Below, piece by piece: positions 62,287-64,000 of a stretch of 64,000 bases of DNA; within the stretch, counting starts at the first letter, position 1; the number at the start of each line of letters is the position of its first letter. The stretch comes from Mobula hypostoma. Lineage: Eukaryota. The stretch lies in assembly GCF_963921235.1 (NCBI RefSeq), contig NC_086108.1:109060001-109124000 (forward strand). The letters run 5' to 3'. The notes under the pieces are model-generated. The model saw only the letters and a program-made list of their open reading frames with translations. It ran no database searches and was not told the DNA's origin. A program made the translations under genes and the position numbers.

Positions 62287-62764
62287 CAGCCCACAATGTT
62301 GTGCTGACCCTGTGACCTACTCTAAGATCAATCTAACCCTGCACTTCTAAGTAGCCCTCCATTTGCCTATGTGAGTGTTTCTTAAATATTTAGAAAAGAA
62401 AGTTGAGTAAAATAGTTTAGAAGGTTATGGGCCAAACGCTGGCAAAAAGAACTAACTTGAATGGGGCATCCTGGTCAGCAGAGACCAGCTGGGCTGATTG
62501 CCACGTGTCTATTCTCTATGACTCCCGAAGAAAAGCTGTGAGATTAACCTGAAAGAACTTTAATTAAGAAAGTAATGAGAAAGATATACAAGTTTAAAAA
62601 TTACTGTGGTAGGAAGCAGAAAATTAAAATGTGTAATATTATTGTAGAGAGTTGAAAATGATTTTCAGGAGATTAATTTTAAATTGGTTAATCATCAGAC
62701 TGGTAAGTTTGATGCAAATGGGTCAAACGTTGGTTAAAATGGTTTGTTCGTTTATTTCTCTAAC

Positions 62765-63856
62765 GTCCAGTAACCTCTCCTGCTCCCCTTTCTCTCTTTT
62801 TTTCCATTCACCAGTCTAGCTCCCCTCTCACCCCTTCTCTTCTCCTCACCTGCCCATCACCTCCCTCTGGTGTCCTTCCTCCTTCCCTTTATTCCATGGT
62901 CCACTCTCCTCTACTATCAGACTCCTTCTTCTTCACCCTTTCATCTTTTCCACCCATCACCCCCCCAGCTTCTCACATCATTCCCCCCCCGCACTCACCC
63001 ACCTTCCCCTCACCTGAATTCACCTAACATCTGCCACCTTGTACTCCTCACCCTCCTCCCACCTTCTTCCCCGTTCCTTTCCAATCCTGATGAAGGATCT
63101 CAGCCCCCCAAAAAAACTGAATGTTTGTTCCTCTCCGTAGATGCTGCCTGACCTGCTGAATTTCTCCAGCATTTTGTGTGCGTTGATCTGCATTTGCAGC
63201 ATCTGCAGAATCCCTTGTTTTTAAGCATTGAGCCAACAGCAGAGCAGAGTGCAATCAAACATAGAACAGTACCACTCTGGAGCCGTTCCCTTGGCCCACA
63301 ATGCTGTGCCAAATCAGTAATCAAATGACCAAATACATTAGCAAGAGAAGATCTGCAGACTTTGGAAATCCGAAACAACAGACACAAACTGCCGGAGGAA
63401 CTCAACAGGCCAGGCAGCATCTATGGAAAACAGTTCGGGCCGAGCCTTTTCATCAGGACTGGAGAAAAAAGATCAGAAGTCAGAGTAAGAAGGTGGGGAG
63501 AAGGGGCGGAAGAGATACCAGATAGTAGGTGATAGGTGAAATGGGGAGGGGGGAAGTAAAGAGCTGGGAAGATGATTGGTGAAAGAGATGAAGGGCTGGA
63601 GAAGAGGACAGAAGGCCGTGGAAGAAAGGGAAGGGGGAGGAGCATCAGAAAGAGGTAATGGGCAGGTAAGGAGATAAAGTGAGAGAGGGAAAAGTTAATG
63701 GGAAACTGTGAAGGAGAGGGGAGAGAGCCATTACCAGAAGTTCAAGAAATCAATGTTCATGCCATTAGGTGGAGGCTACCCAGATGGAACATAAGGTGTT
63801 GCTCCTCCAACCTGAGTGTGGCTTCATCGCAACTGTAGAGGAGGCCATGGACTGAC
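62765..63856. mobile_element. Two PLE 3' remnants (about 62765-63220 plus, 63340-63856 minus)
   Basis: Pyrimidine-rich tract, degenerate hammerhead cores, GIY-YIG tail near 63735-63850. Confidence 0.75.
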
Positions 63857-64000
63857 ATAAGACCATAAGTGTTAGGAGCATAATTAGACCATTCAGCCCA
63901 TCAAGTTTGCTCCACAATTCCATCATGGCTGATCCCAGATCCCATTCGACCCCATACACCTGCCTTCTCGCTATATCCATAGATGCCCTGAAGATGACCA
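63857..64000 (-). mobile_element. CR1 3' end running off the window
   Basis: CATAAGACCATAAG tail and CATCATGGCTGATC motif as in 22811-23188. Confidence 0.8.

Overview
Vertebrate non-coding DNA that is almost entirely transposable elements. The repeat mix (many CR1 LINEs, Rex1/Babar and RTE fragments, Penelope-like elements, V-SINE-like SINEs, Tc1 derivatives) suggests a cartilaginous fish such as a ray; this is an inference. No host protein-coding gene could be identified with confidence, and nearly all long ORFs are retroelement ORFs or their antisense shadows. Main structures: (1) two decayed Tf1/sushi-type chromoviral Gypsy elements on the minus strand (6086-12718, TSD GTGAG; 37606-49839, TSD CATGG), both showing a self-primer complementary to the PBS instead of a tRNA PBS; (2) a plus-strand Gypsy element (about 21196-31453) whose RT is split by a 6.3 kb pile-up of CR1, HERO-like and Penelope insertions; (3) a near full-length Nimb/I-group LINE with RNase H (44458-49708) in one LTR of the second chromovirus, with a young CR1 at almost the same LTR position in the other LTR; (4) about a dozen Penelope-like 3' ends, many folded back, carrying minimal type I hammerhead ribozymes; (5) a 25-bp minisatellite. 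I found no convincing previously undescribed multi-gene system. The best leads are the shared LTR insertion site, the hammerhead family, the self-priming signals and a CpG-retaining unique segment near 1.4-1.9 kb. Boundaries not fixed by a TSD are approximate.
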